Source of the DNA: Podarcis bocagei
Lineage: Eukaryota
DNA length: 64,000 nucleotides
Direction: 5' to 3' (one strand)
Assembly: GCA_964188305.1 (NCBI GenBank)
Contig: OZ076885.1
Positions 26,358 through 40,700 of the stretch are shown in pieces; position 1 is the stretch's first letter, and every line of letters starts with the position of its first letter. A model generated the notes under the pieces. It saw only the letters and a program-made list of their open reading frames with translations, made no database searches and had not been told where the DNA came from. The translations under genes were made by a program, and so were the position numbers.

Positions 26358-29179
26358 GGAATGCCTTTTATTTAGTAATGAGACTGTGCACTCTGTACAT
26401 GTTCAGAATCTCCCTTCTCTGTATTTAATCTGCAGGCGTAGAAAAAACTCAAATTCTAAGTCCTAACATTCCTGGCCTGAACTGAGGGTCTGGTTCTTTT
26501 ATTAGTGCAATTAAGGCCAGTCCACATGAATCCAATATGGATTATATGCTTTCTTTTTCTTTTTGAGGACCAATTTGAAAAACTAGTATATTCTTTCTGT
26601 GGAATAGAAGCATTATCTAGGAAATATACTTACAAGAGTCAGGCAGTTGCTATGTTTGACACTCCATGTGGCACTATGAGGTGTCTCCTGCTAAAGAACA
26701 GGGAATGTGTGTGCTCTGCAAGCCTGTGGCTGCATTGCACAAGAATTGAAATGGATATTGACACTGAGTTCAGCATCCTGAGAATCAAAGCTTAAATTAA
26801 AACTTATTTTTTTTAAATACCCAAACAAACAAGTTTCTCACATGCTTAAAGCTGTTAAGATCCATAATCTGTGTGCAAATCCTGGTGAAGCCTCAAGGTC
26901 TAACAAGACACACCAGGAGACTCATCCAGAATCTGTGGGGAATGGAAGGGGACAATTGCATGCAAAGGAATGTAAAGTGGAAGGAGCCTCCCTGCTCATG
27001 CTGTTCCCCACCCCTGTCCTTTCCTCCCACCTGAGCTCTGATACAGAAGCCCTGCCAGGAGAAAAGTGGTCGAGAGGCTTTTTCAGCAGGGAAAGCATGT
27101 TCATCACCCCTTCCAGTGCACTGTGTGTTTGCTTCAAAACTGTTCTGCTGGTTCTGCAGAACAATCGTCTAGCACACAGTTTGTGCTGCCATCATATCCT
27201 CTTAGGCTTCAGAAGCCGGCATGGTGACAGAACAAGGTTTCCAGTGATTAGGGGGGGTTAGGAATCCAGTAAGATTCCTATGGCCTAAGACAGGAGATCC
27301 AAATAGCACCCACTCCCCAATGGCAAGCTAAATTATAATAATTTTAATAAACAAAACAATGGCCAATTTGCTGCATGCCAATGACACACCTTGCCTGATG
27401 GTAGGGCTAGTCCTGTTACAGTGTCCTGCATGGCTCTTGCTCTTTTATACAACTAACAGAAGCAGAATAGGCTGTGCAAAATAAAACAATCTGTATGCAA
27501 AGGTTCTTAAGTTTGCAGAATTCCAGAGGGTTATTTTGGTGCAAAATTCTGGTGATAGCAGCACTGGCAGTGGCAACAATGCCATTAGCAACAATATCCC
27601 AGTTCATATGCAATGGCCTGGACCTGGGCCTAGCTCATGATTATACCCTCAAAATGCAGATGGTTTTCACAGCCTGGGAAATCCATGTTTGCAGCTGGAG
27701 CCCAGCCAAGTCTTGCTGTAGACAGCAGATGCAGCTTTGACTTCCTTGCCTGAACAACAGGAGCCTGCCTCCCCCTTGGATAGTATTGGGGGGGGGGGGA
27801 CTAGGCAGATTGCCGTTATTCTGTTCACCAATCAACATTCTAGTTTGGTAGGCCCAAATTTAAACTACACCATTTTTTTCTAAACTACTTTGCATTTTTT
27901 TTTATTTTAAGGAAAGGTAGATGCCAGTTTTATTTGCATATTTTATTATGTAAATTTGCAGAGGTAGTATTTCCTATGGAATATTTTGTTTTTTTCAGAT
28001 AGTTACAGGAAAGAGAAAAAAGCACATGGAGCCCCTCCCCCCCGCCTCCTAGCAGTTCAGCTCAGCTCCCATCCTCCACTTTCCCTAGCCAATGGCGTTT
28101 GAGATGTCACCAGGGGCTGCTCACACATTTTCAGGCCTCTTTGCAACCTTAAAGGCTAGAAACTTTTTAAAAAATGAAGCTGAATTGCCAGGGTGCTGAA
28201 TTCCTCCTCTAGTAGCAACCCCTGCGCTGTTAATGGCACAATCCTGGAATACAGGCAGCCCATGCAATAATTCCTCAAAGCAACACCAGTGTCCTTGCGG
28301 AGCACAGGTGACCGTCCGAATGGGCACACATAGCAATTTGTCAGAACAAGACAACAACAATTAACAGCAAGAGGAAAAGGCAGAGACAGATAGATGGTGG
28401 AGGTGCAGAGCCAGCCAGGTTACAGCTACCCCCCCTTCTCTGCACCCAGAAGAGCCCACCAGGTAAGCAGAACCTAGAGAGGGGGGCTATAAGTGAGGAA
28501 GACTGGCCTGGGTCTGGCAAATAAAGACAGAGATTGGGCTGAGGGTCTTCAGTGCAGAGCAAGAGAGGGAGAGCTGGGGAGTTTCTCTGCAGGGCAGCTT
28601 CATAGGGGGATTACAGATGCAACAGGAAAGAGGCAGGGGATAGAGACCTGGGCAAGAAAGCAACTTCGCAGTCAGTGGCCTGCATTGGGAATGCATGGGG
28701 ATTTCAAGAGGGAGCAGAGAAGGGGGAAAGCAGTGGAAGCCCAGCCAGAAGCAGCAAGCTGGAAAGGAGAGAGACCTGGCAGCAAGGAGCATTCCAGCAG
28801 CTGGGCAAAGGAGGCGATTCAAGCACTGACCTTGCCATGTAGCCCAGGACGTGGGCTCGGATGATGGTTGCCGCCTTCCTCAGCTCCTCTTCCCGGGCCT
28901 TCTCCAGTTTTTGCTCCAGAGCCTCCTTCAGGAAAACCTGGTACCCCGGGGAGGAGTTTCATCAAACACAAAGAGAGGAAACAGCAAGTCCCAGGCAGCA
29001 CCAGCAGGTCCCATGCCTGCCTGCCTGCCTGCCGTAACAAGGCACACAGGGCTCCTTTTATGCTCCTGCGCCAGAGCCAGTCCCTGCTCTGCCAGCCCTT
29101 CCCCTTTGGGTGCTGTCGCTGATGGACAAGGGAGAAAGTTGTGCAGGGAGAGGAGCCAAACTCAGCCCAGCCCCCGCAC

Positions 29180-29227
<48 letters not shown>

Positions 29228-31719
29228 TGCAGGCTCAAGGATTAAGGGGGAGAGAAAAAGGGGGGAGGAGGCTGCACTGCTTTTAACTATTAACCCTTTC
29301 TTTGGCTCAGTGACATCTTTTAAGGCTATCTGGGCCTGCTGCTCGAGTCCTGCTAATGAGGCTCTGGGTATGTGTGTCAGCATTCCAGGCGCTGCATGCA
29401 AAATGCAGAAGGAAAACTGGCCAAACTATGACAAGACACCCATTCCAAGAAAAGAAGCTGGGGGGGGGGGGAACGGCGGGGGGGGGGAGGGAGAGGAAGA
29501 TTCTTTCCAAATATCATTTCCTGCACTGCAGATAATCCACACATATTTTCCCCCTGGCTGCTTCTTTGCATCACTGCCTCAGTGCCAGCCTGTCTCCAAG
29601 CTGTCTTGCTGGCTGGAAGATTCCTTCTCACTTTCATTGCCTTCTCTGCAATCAAACCTTCCCAAGAGGTGTGGCTCACCCTGAATGCACACAAGAACAA
29701 GTGGTCATTCTGCTTTTGCTTTTTTATTAAAAGACACACCTGGGTGCTATTCCTGAAACCAGGAGGCATGAAGCCTGCTTTCAGAACACGCTACACTTGT
29801 GGCTCTGGTGGGTGATGCATGACAGCACACGGGTCAGGGAAATGGCATCAATCCCATTAGATATTTCAGCGGCCCCATGATGAGGTCTTGGAATTCCAAC
29901 AGTGGGGTCTGGAAAACATCCATGGGCCTGGTCTGTTACTCATTCCTGTCTGGGAGGTTCCCAAAGGATGGAAGGTCAGGCCTGTGTGGCTGTCAGTGGG
30001 CCAAAAACATTGGTACTCCAATAAAGTGACACACAATCCAAAAGGTGACTCCGAGGATGCATTGTAATGCTGAAAGGTCTCTGGGGCACAATCCCTGGAT
30101 TATGTGGCACAGATATTTGGGATAGCAAATGCCTTTGGTATTTTGAATGCAGCATTCTTCTGGAGAATTCGAGTGGGTTGAAGATTGCATTAACATCCCC
30201 AAGAAAATCTGTTTTCATCACCTGCATTCATGACTAGCATCCCACATTTGTCTGAGGTGAAGGCAATGCAACCAAAGGCTTAGGCTGCCAATGCATTAAA
30301 GTCTCCTTTCTACACTGAAGTTCTAAAGCAGGAGTACAAAAAGCTCTTGGTCACATGAATATTTGCAGAGAAAGCTATATGGAGGGCAAGGGGATCATCA
30401 GCATGTGGGTGCTGTGTGGCTTAGGGGATGTGAATGAGCAGCCCGCAAGGGGGGGGGGCAAGGGGGACCATTTGGACGCAACCTGTGCAGACATGCACAC
30501 TTATAAAGCCCCAAATGTTGGACACATGGCCTTGCTCAAAATTGGTAGAGCAGCATTTGCAGAAATCAAATAGAAATCACAGATGCCTTTCAGAACTCCC
30601 TAGCTTGAGGCAGGAAGCTGGAGGCTTGCGGAAACTGGTGTGAAGGGCAAAGCTGGCAAGGAAAAAGTATAGCACAGTGCCTCTCTGCCTAGTTGTTCCC
30701 TGCCCAAACTCCTGCTACAAGAATCCAAACAAAGTCCAGACTGCCACAGTGGACAATCAGCAGCTGCTCCCCTCTGTCCCTAATGAGAAACACAAAGACC
30801 ATCCTGCTTTCCCCTTCCTTTCCTGTGCTCTACAATTCCTTATACTAGCCCTTTTCCTTCCTCCACCAAACAATTGCTCAGTATAGAAATCCCCCCCCCC
30901 TTGAAATATACTGCACAGGAAGCACTTCCCACCACTTCCCCCATCCTGCCCAGCACATGTGCAAGCCCACGCAGGGACTCCTTAAGCCTCGCCTGCCCAG
31001 GTTGCTCATAAAGCCCTCAGCAACACCCTGGAGGAGCAGAACAGGCCAAAGAGGCTCACTGGGCAGGGACATGTCGCTAACCCTCAACCTCGGCCTCACC
31101 TCCAGAGACAAAGAGGGGCCCTATGCTTCAACGCAGAGGCAGGGCCTCTTGACAGGCACAAAGGGACTGGGCTCACAAGGCAAACTCATGACTCTTTTAA
31201 GACCTATTTGTTTTCTAGGCAGCAAAGGAAAAGGAGAGCTGTGGCTCTGCGGTGGGGCGTATGCTTTGCATGCAAGAAGGTTCCAGATCCAGTCCCTGGC
31301 ATCTCCAGACAGGGCTGGAAAACACTGGAAGAGTCACTGTAGGTCAGTGTGAACAGTACTAAGCTAGGTGGACCAAGGTGCTTGACTCAATAGAAACACA
31401 ACTTCCCACGCTTCTAATTGCCAGCAATAGCTACAGATGCTGCACCACTATAGAGCAAGAGTTTTAAGTGATCAGAACTGGAAAGTCTGCTCTGCCTAGG
31501 GCTAGGATTGCCAACATTTTTGCTCACTCTGCTCCTGTGCATATAACAGCAGATTGAGACACCACTTAGCCAGGAAAAGCTAACTTTCAGAAGACATCTG
31601 AAGGCAGCCCTGTTTAGGGAAGTTTTTGATGTTTGATGTTTTATCGTGTTTTTAATATTCCATTGGAAGCCACCAAGAGTGGCTGGGGAAACCCAGCCAG
31701 ATGGGCAGGGTATAAATAA

Positions 31720-31772
<53 letters not shown>

Positions 31773-34700
31773 GTAAAGGTAAAGGGACCCCTGACCATTA
31801 GGTCCAGTCGTGACCGACTCTGGGGTTGCGGCGCTCATCTCGCTTTATTGGCCGAGGGAGCCAGCGTACAGCTTCCGGGTCATGTGGCCAGCATGACTAA
31901 GCCGCTTCTGGCGAACCAGAGCAGCACACGGAAACGCTGTTTACCTTCCTGCCGGAGCGGCACCTATTTATCTACTTGCACTCTGACATGCTTTCAAACT
32001 GCTAGTTTGGCAGGAGCAGAGACCGAGCAACGGGAGCTCACCCCGTTGCGGGGATTCGAACCACTGACCTTCTGATCGGCAAGTCCTAGGCTCTGTGGTT
32101 TAACCCACAGCGCCACCCACGTCCCATTATTATTATTACTACCAGCTTAATTTGTGGGTGAGGCCACTGTTAAAAGAACAGAGGCAAGGTCACTGAAATA
32201 AGGCAGCTCTATCCTTGGTGCAAGAATACCATATTACGGCAATCTAGGTAAAGGCTAGAAAATTTATCATTCTTTAACACCTTAGTGGTGCTCCTACAAA
32301 AGTACAGATTCTTCCTACCACTTCAACATTTATTTTTTTAAAGGTATGTACCTAAAAATGAAAGAATGATGGAAACATGCATTTGGACACATGTGTATAC
32401 ATGCACACTTCTTAGGTAGGCAGGACTGTCCGCAGCAACATGTTGCCTTTACACTTGGTGACAAATCTTAGCTCACTGCCATGCAATGTGTGGAATGGTT
32501 CTAAGAACTTTTTTGTATGACTCCGAATCTTGCATTGCCTTGCCTTGACTGGGAACTTGCCATTATGGCTAGTAGCCCTCTCCTCCATGAACTGTACCTC
32601 TTCACTGAACCCCCAAGTTTAGCTTCTGCAAGCTTATATGCAATGAAACCCCCAATTGAGAACCCTGTGCAAATGTTGCTCCTGCCCTTCCACAGAATGC
32701 GCTCACTGCTCAAACCCGGCAACTGACTTCTCCATCTGCAATGCAGAGGACAGTACCAGAGAGTCGTTATTGTAATCCTTACATATAAACAGGGCTCCAT
32801 CCTCTGCCTCAGCTTTAATCCAGGCTGGGTCTCCACATTGGAGCAGACCCTAGGGTTTCCTTGGCCATTGTAGCAGCATTTTAACAATGCAGCATCCGTC
32901 ACACCCAGTGATGCTGGCTAACAATGTTGTATTAAGCTTTGGCCAGTTTCTAGAGGGCATTTGACAGAGCACCACTGACACTGAACATACTGATACCTGT
33001 AAATGCCAGGCATCCCCCTATTGCTACCCAAATGGCCCCAAACTACCACCTTAATAACCAAGGTAAAAACCCCACCATTTTATTTGGATGCCAGAAAACC
33101 AATTTTGTAGTTTACATTTGACCTATCTCCTACTTCCAACGGTTTCTCTCCTTCCTTGTCATTTCCACCTTGTGGCTCACAGTAATTTTTAAAAGTGGTC
33201 TGTGTGCCCCAACAATTCTCATCTGCTTTGCCACTTATCAGGGATGTGACTCTCTTTCCTTGCTCCTCCAATGTCTTTCATAAAGTTGGCCATCCTCCCT
33301 TATCTCCTGCCTCTGAAATCAATCCCATCTGGATAGGCGGCAGAGCCTTTTCAACCCACCCTGTTGCCCCTCTTCCTTGCTCATCCTGAGAAGCAAAGAC
33401 TTCAAAGAGCTCAAGCCCTGCCCCAAGTGGCCCTGCTTCCCTGAACAGCAAGCAAAGGGCAGTGAGGCAGCCAGTCCCTTCTTAGATGGACCAGCAACTC
33501 TGAGAGTGAGCGAGAGAGGGAAAGTTCTATTGTTCTTGGTGGGGTCAAAGGTCAGTTGTCTGCCGCACCAGTCACTTGGAGCCTGTTCTCTTTAATGGCT
33601 CCAAGGTTGATTTATTAACTCCAAGTGCTTGGTATGCAGAGAGACAGCAGTTTCCTTTCTCCTCTCTTGCTAGTGGCAAGCCGCCTTTGGTCTCCCTTGC
33701 TCAAGGACTGATGCCTGAGCTTTCCTCCCTCCCCAGTTTCATTTAAGGCAGAACAAGCTGCAGAACATAAATATAATGCATAGACTGTACATCGTGTCGC
33801 TGGGAAATGGTAAGCCAATGACACATGAAATATAAGCTGCAGAAAAGAATCAGACAGCAGCCTAAAACGTCCTGGCTGGGCCCAGTTACTTCACCCTGAA
33901 TTTGGCATGCTCTAAATGCAGGGGCTCTAAATGCAGCTGGCAATTGCGACTGGTTGCCCTTGCCTGATCAGTAAGAGTCTATGGCTCCCCATATTCCCCC
34001 CACATGTCTTTTAAGGAAGGCACATTTGTGACCTGCCGGACTACTTCCTGAATTGCTGTCCCAAGCAACTGTGCTCCCTAGCGGCCTTATTAACTCAGAA
34101 CATCTAATTTATTCCTAACAAAGACACAAAGCAAATCTGGTGCAGACCCCTTGGGTGAAGAGGAGACAGCAATGCTGGTGGCTACACCTTAATGGCAGGG
34201 TGCCCTCTCACTGTATTGCTTTAGATGCTTGCTGGAAATTTTTTTTTATTTCAGGAAGCCTACCCAGATATGAAACTTAGTCACCTGTATATCTGTTTTA
34301 AAAGCTTTATTGGTTTTATCTTTATTTCTCATTATTATGGTTTTACATACCTTTTTATACGTATTTGTTTTTATTTATGTTTTTACATATTTTTGTTTTT
34401 GTGGATTTCTGCTGCGTTTAACCTTCAATTTTATTTGTACATCACTTGAGTAGTTTTTGGTTTTCTTGATTACGAGGTCTATATATTTTCTAAATAAAAT
34501 AAATTTAATAGGTCCCTTCTCCAAATCTACATAGACACCGTCCTTGTTCTCCTGCATTATGGAAGCAGAAAAGCATACAGAGAAGCACCACTGCTGTGAA
34601 TTTGCAAAGAGCATGTATTTGTTTCCATTCAATCCCAATTTATTGTGGCAGATGGCAACAAACATGGAAATTCACCAAGCACCACTCATTTGCTTTAAAG

Positions 34701-37700
34701 CCTATCTGTCCAGCCTTAAGAGTGAAAAACTTGCTTTGAAATAAATAAGTAAGAGATTTGAATTTCTGGACTCGATTCTAAACGTGACACACCCAATGCC
34801 AAATTCCACGTTTGCTCAGTATGCAGAATTACAATCACCCCAAATGTAGCACCCAAATTTCTTATCAGTGAAACAGATTTTACCCATTTGATATGCACTA
34901 TAGTGATGTTAATATCTATTATCTTCTACACATTGCTATAGATACATACAGGCATGCTCATTGTCAAAGTTCCTTGTTGGCTGCATGCCTAGCAATGAAA
35001 TTACATCAGGCCTGTAATTACAGTCTGTTGATTTGGACATTTGGAAAGGGGCTGGGGTGGAGGAATCGTGGGTCCTTTTTCTTTTAAGAACAAAACAAAA
35101 ACAAACCCCCAAGCTGCTTCTGTTTCATTCAGCTGGGTTTGCATAAGCACATATTTGCAAGCTAGTTATGGATCAGAAGCTACCCCGTGCCCATCTGTAC
35201 CCCAGATGACTGCAACACTAATATCTGCCTCGTTGCTGAAGAAACGCTGGCATGAGGCCAGCACACACAAGGAGCTGCTTTGTACCGAACCAGATCCTAG
35301 AAACATCCACTCCAGCACTGTGCTGTGGCACCAGCTCCTCAAGGTCTCAAGGAAGGGTCTTTCCCCAATTTCTTTATCTGTAGATTCTTTTAACTGCAGG
35401 TGCCATATATTAAGCTGGGGGTTCAGATCCCTTCCAATTCTGCGGAGCTGGGACCTTTTAAATGCAAAGCATGCAAGCTTCCACCGAGATTTTATAGCCT
35501 AGCCCTCACTGGGGATTGCATCATTCCCAATGGCACACAGCATGCACTGCAAACTCTTCTTCCAATCTTGGGAGAACAAATCAGCATGGACCTTTTGGGG
35601 GGGGGGGAGTGTTTGATGCACACCTGGCATAGGCGCCGACTCCATGGGGCCTGAGGGGGCCCGAGCCCCCTCAAAAATTCGTTTGGGGGGGCTCTGCCCC
35701 CCCAATAATTTAAGAAAATTATTAGTTATATTATGCTTTGCCGCACCGGGCGCAACATCTGGGGGGGGGGCGAGTCCAGAGGGCCCAGCCGCGTCGTGCC
35801 CTCGGCCCGCCCCTATTGTCAGAGGCTCAGCGTGGAAGTGTTAACAAAGTTTCAGAGGGGGGAGCGAGTGGGGGGGACGCGGGGAGGGGAGGGGGTCCCC
35901 GCTTCTCCGGCCGCCTTGCAGAAGCGGCCACCGCCCGGCGGCTCTGCCTTTGCTTGCAGGCCTGCCTGGGGGCTCCCTCGGCTCCAGCGCTGAGCTGGTG
36001 GCCCCGATCCCGGGAGCAAAGAGGCGTCGCAGGAGCGGCTAGGCCTGCGCCAGGGCCCTGACCCGACAGCTTCTCTGGCTCCCCAAGCCGAGGACAGCTT
36101 CGGCTGTGAAGCTGCGCCTTCCGGGCTGGCCCCTTCTCGGCTGGGCCTCGCCTCTCCAGCTCCCACCGCGGAGTGGTCCCCGCTCCTTCCAGACCCTTCC
36201 ACCGCCCCCTGCCAAACTGGCTGTAGATACAAGAAGGGCAGCTGGGGTGGGCTATAGAGGACCCTGCCTCCCCCTGCGGGGATCATCTCTGGCAATTGGC
36301 TCAAGGAGCCCCCTGAGTTTTGGCATTGTCTCTCCGCACCCCCCCACCCCGCCTCTCTCCAGGAGCTTTATGGAGCCGCCTGGATCGGGTCTGCTTTGGA
36401 GGAGGGGAGCCTTCCTTGACCAGCATGGGCCCCCCCAATATTTTTTATAAGTCGGCGCCCCTGACACCTGGCCCCACTCAGTTCAACTGTGTCTACATCC
36501 TACCCGTGAGTCCCTTCCTCATTTGCACTGCAGAATGGGGTGGGAGGAGAGGGCTGCAGAGATAGTAGGAAGATACAGTATGCAAGAATAAAGGAGCGGC
36601 GTATCAACACAGATTCCCTCCTCCCCCCAAAAAAACAGGTAACATTTTCACAGCATCTTCTGAGACATTTTCTTGTGTTCTCTTTTCAGTGTCAAAATGC
36701 CTAAGCAGTGACACAGGAACCTCCTGAGAAGACACAGCCTGTGGCTTAGCAATGAGGGGTGTACTATACTTCGAATGGAGTTGCTGGGAGTAGGATGGGG
36801 TGGGTGTGTTTCAGTAAGCCTAGTCATAGTGCAGCAGAGGTCAATGATCTATGCAGAGGTGGGCACACCTCTCCTAGAAGCCACATCAATCTTGTACCCA
36901 GGCTACCTCTGGAAAGATTCCTTAGCACAGAGCGCTGCTCCACATGCTCTTTTGCACACAAAGGGCATACCTTGGTTTTCCCCAGCTTCCATTCTCTCTG
37001 GGTGCTGTCATATGTCTGCAGAAAGGAGGCACAAGTGGCTTTTGCACCGTCAGGATTGCCCCAGTTCTTCAAGAGCATCTTGTACCTGAGAGAACCAAAT
37101 GAATGCTCTTGACCAGGAGTTAAGGTACAAAGCAATTTCTTTCCCTCAGCAAAGCTTCCTGCCCCTGTGAGGGGCTATTCCTCTCTCTCATTTTGCTTCT
37201 GAGTGCTGACAGGTTAGAAGCTCTTAACAGCTGGTAACTGGCTGCCCTCCACTGTCTTTTCCAGTCAGTCTGAAAGCACAAGCAGCTGGCATCCAACTAC
37301 AGAAGTGCAATAACTCTTAAGAGTAATCAAATGCCCCAAACATTAAAACTTAGAAAATGTAGTTTAACCCAGGTCCTGAACTGCAGCTTAACAATTGAAA
37401 TATACTTCGCTTGGGAAATGTTTATTTTTTGTCCTTTCCCTTCCAACCAGCCATCTCAAATGGTTATGGACGTGCAAGTCTCTTTGTTCAGACAACAGAA
37501 ACGAAAGCAGTAGCCTGCAATCATTGTCAAATTTTATAGGAGACAAAGAGACAACCTGCCCAGACTCACCTTGCGCTTTTTGCTCAAAAGCAGGTCTCCT
37601 AGCTTTCCTCTTATCCACAAGCAAAACATCCACATTGAGTCATTTATTTCACACACACACACACCCCTCCACAAAGTCCCAAAGCACTGAAGGCCACATT

Positions 37701-40700
37701 TGACAGCAAAATTCCACCCTCTTGCTTGCACTGCCACTTTTACCTGAGGAGGAAATCTTGAAAGATCCACCGTACAGGAAAGCCAGCTCTTCGGACCTTC
37801 ACTGTCTCCAGCATGCCTGAGTATCGCAGTTGTTTCAGCACCACCTCTGGATTGAAGAGATTTGGAGACTATGCAAAGCAAGGAGTGCAGACAAGCCAAG
37901 GATAGGAGACAAGAAAGAAATGATTTCCTTGTATAAAAAGTATTATATTGGCCTGAGCATTGTGAAGGGCACCCTCGTATAACGAGCCCCACTTACATGA
38001 GTGTGCAGACACTTGTAAATACACACACATACAGATCAAGCAGATAAAAAAAGAAATCTCTAGGATTGAGAGAATTGTTGCTATGTAGGATGCATCTTCA
38101 AACGTGTTAGGGAAGGGGTAGGGAACCTGTGGCCTTCCTAATGTTGCTGGACTACAATGCACATCACTCCTGAGCATTGATCATGTTCGCTGGGGTGGAT
38201 GGGAGATGTAGGCAAGCTATATAGGGAGTACCACAAGCTCCCTAACCCTATGTTAAGAGGAAAGGCACTCCATGGACTTATATGGCATAGACAGCACCAC
38301 CCCTTGCATTAAGAATCCACTGAAAGAGATCCAGTCCTGGCTCAGACATCAGCATGTTTTGTTCCACTCCTTTCTGTGGTAGCTCTGGTCAAAAGAGGAG
38401 ACGACCCTTTAAGTGGCCAGACCAGAGTCACAAAACATTCCCCTATTACCACAATAGGCCCTATTTTTTCTGCCTGCAGCTTTGGTGGGTTATAAGCTCA
38501 CCATCTTTTGAAGAAAAGGGTAGAAAGTCCCCCAAACACCAACACCACTTTCCAGTCTAGCCTAGATACCATTTAAGGTCTGGTGGCTCTCCACCCGCCT
38601 TGCCCAACTGTCTGTTGCAGCTCTAGAAAGTCACCTTTTCCTGGTTGGGCTTAATGCAGCGAATGAAGAGTGGGTTGCAAGTGCTGAGCGTGGCCATCAA
38701 AGAGTGTAGGGAGTCCTAAAAAGAAGAAGAAAAGAACACTGAAAAGGAGTCACTTTTTTGGAAAATTAAGATTCTGACCTCTCTCTTGCCCCCACCCCGC
38801 CACCAGCCAGTCATACAAAAACTTTGTGGATAGGATGGGGAAACAGGAACCTCTGAACTGTGGATTTCGTGTGGCCCAACATTTCTTAAAGGTTGTGTGC
38901 ATGCGCACAGAACCTGTGGTGAAGGCAAACAATCAGTACATTCTCATCACACACGCAACTTTCTGACCAGGTTGGGCTTAGTGGAACACAGTTTTGCTAG
39001 TTTGCAGTGGCTGGTGGCAATGCACAGCACTGACTGGTTAATGCTCCCTGCAATCCCTGGAGCTGTTTTATAACCTTAAAAAAAACCAACTAATGACTTT
39101 TTGAAAAAGAAAAAGAGACTGGGGGAAATGCATGTTTTGATGAATAAATGTACACAGGGCACTTTAAAAATTAAAGAAAAGGCAGAGAGTCTGTGTGAAG
39201 CATAGAGAGTAGTAAGCCTAAGGTCTAAACAACACTTCAGTGGTGGCATGCATGTCTGTCCTGTTCGTAGCACAATTCAGTGTGGAAGCTGAGCTCATCC
39301 CAGGCAAGAAAAACCCTATTGGGGCTTCTGCTGTTATGTCTGAATGTCTGCCTGACCTTTCATGGGGCCTGCTGCTCCTACCCTGAACTGTGAGCTGACA
39401 GTCGGCCTGCGCCTCTGAGTTCCCATCTTCAGTGTGTCTTCACTGCTGCAGCCAGCAACTCTTTCAAAGAGATCATAGATGAAATCCAGCCTGCAGAGAA
39501 AGAGGAGCATACGACAGAGAAAACATGTATTTGATCACATCTTGCACGGGGGTTATGTTCTGGCGGTGCTGCATATACGCAAAATCACATATACCCAGAT
39601 CACCACATTGGAACTGGGCCCACATGGCCATCTTTACCTTCCAAGCAAGGCAGAGAGCTTTTAAGTTCTCAGGCTTGCAGATCTTGCAGGGCTGCCCAAG
39701 TGCAAGAACATCCCAGAGCCTAGTAAGCAATTCTGAGAACTTAAAAGCTCTTTCCATGCCAGAAAAACCCATCACAAAAGGAGCTTTTGAGCTCTCTGCC
39801 TTATGTGCAATTAGCTTGTGAGATTTCAACTGGCTGGCTTTCAACCATGTAAAGCTGAAATCACGCAAGATGCAATCATGCTGTACTGACAAATTCCAAA
39901 GGCAGAAACGCACAGGCTGGTGCTGCCTATCTCTTTCTGAAACTGCATGATGCATTCATTCTTCCTTTTGATGAACTACAGTAGTCCAGAGCAATCTTGG
40001 AAAGTGCTGCATTATGCTGGATCTTATGGAAAGGTTGGGTACCTGAAGTCCCGTGGCAAAGAGCTGATTGGCAGCTAAAGCTCCAACAGCCATGAATTGC
40101 CTCTGGGGGCTTGCAAAATGGTCCAAAGCATGTGCAAGGACTCCATACCAGTTCCCCATCCTTCTGTCTACAGTACTGAATGTCCAAGGAACAGCTTCCC
40201 TGCCCCCAATCAAAGTGTTCAAATGTTATGTACGCTCTGCAACTCTGCTCCATGCCCATCTGTAGCTCCCAACTTGTTTGAGCTTCGTTCAAATGCAGTT
40301 GCTTACCTGCTGTCTTTCAGCATGTTTAAAATATCATCTCTAAAGGTGTCTCTGTTTTTCTCCAGAAAGCCCCTCACATCATAGAAGACCTGCAGCACAG
40401 AAGCAACACAAGCATTAAAATGTGCCATCATGATAATGCACAACACAGATGCATTGAACAAGGAGGAAAAACTCTTGAACTCACACACCCAAAGCTGCCA
40501 AATACCTTGTGCATCTCTTAAGCCCTTTATTGATTAAGAGCAGGGGGAACTAGCCCAGAGGCGATATGTAGAGCCCTGTTCTGCTATGTTACAGGAACAA
40601 TGTACTGTAGTAGCCACTAGAGTCTTGGACAACATCTAGGAAGACAAGTCCAAACATCCCCTCTCGGCCATTAATCTCACCAGGTGATCTTGGACCAATC

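Noticed and set aside
28851-29684. 277-aa plus-strand ORF
   Set aside because: Runs through a (CT)n microsatellite and G-runs, is antisense to exon 22, and has no recognisable domain
33080-33271. ORF ending IGFLASK, resembling the IQ1 GFLARK
   Set aside because: The real IQ1 exon is at 28831-28937; the rest of this ORF has no myosin similarity
35733-36467. Several overlapping GC-rich ORFs, or a host CpG-island promoter
   Set aside because: Essentially confined to the TIR/TSD-bounded transposon; long ORFs are expected from high GC, and there are no transposase motifs
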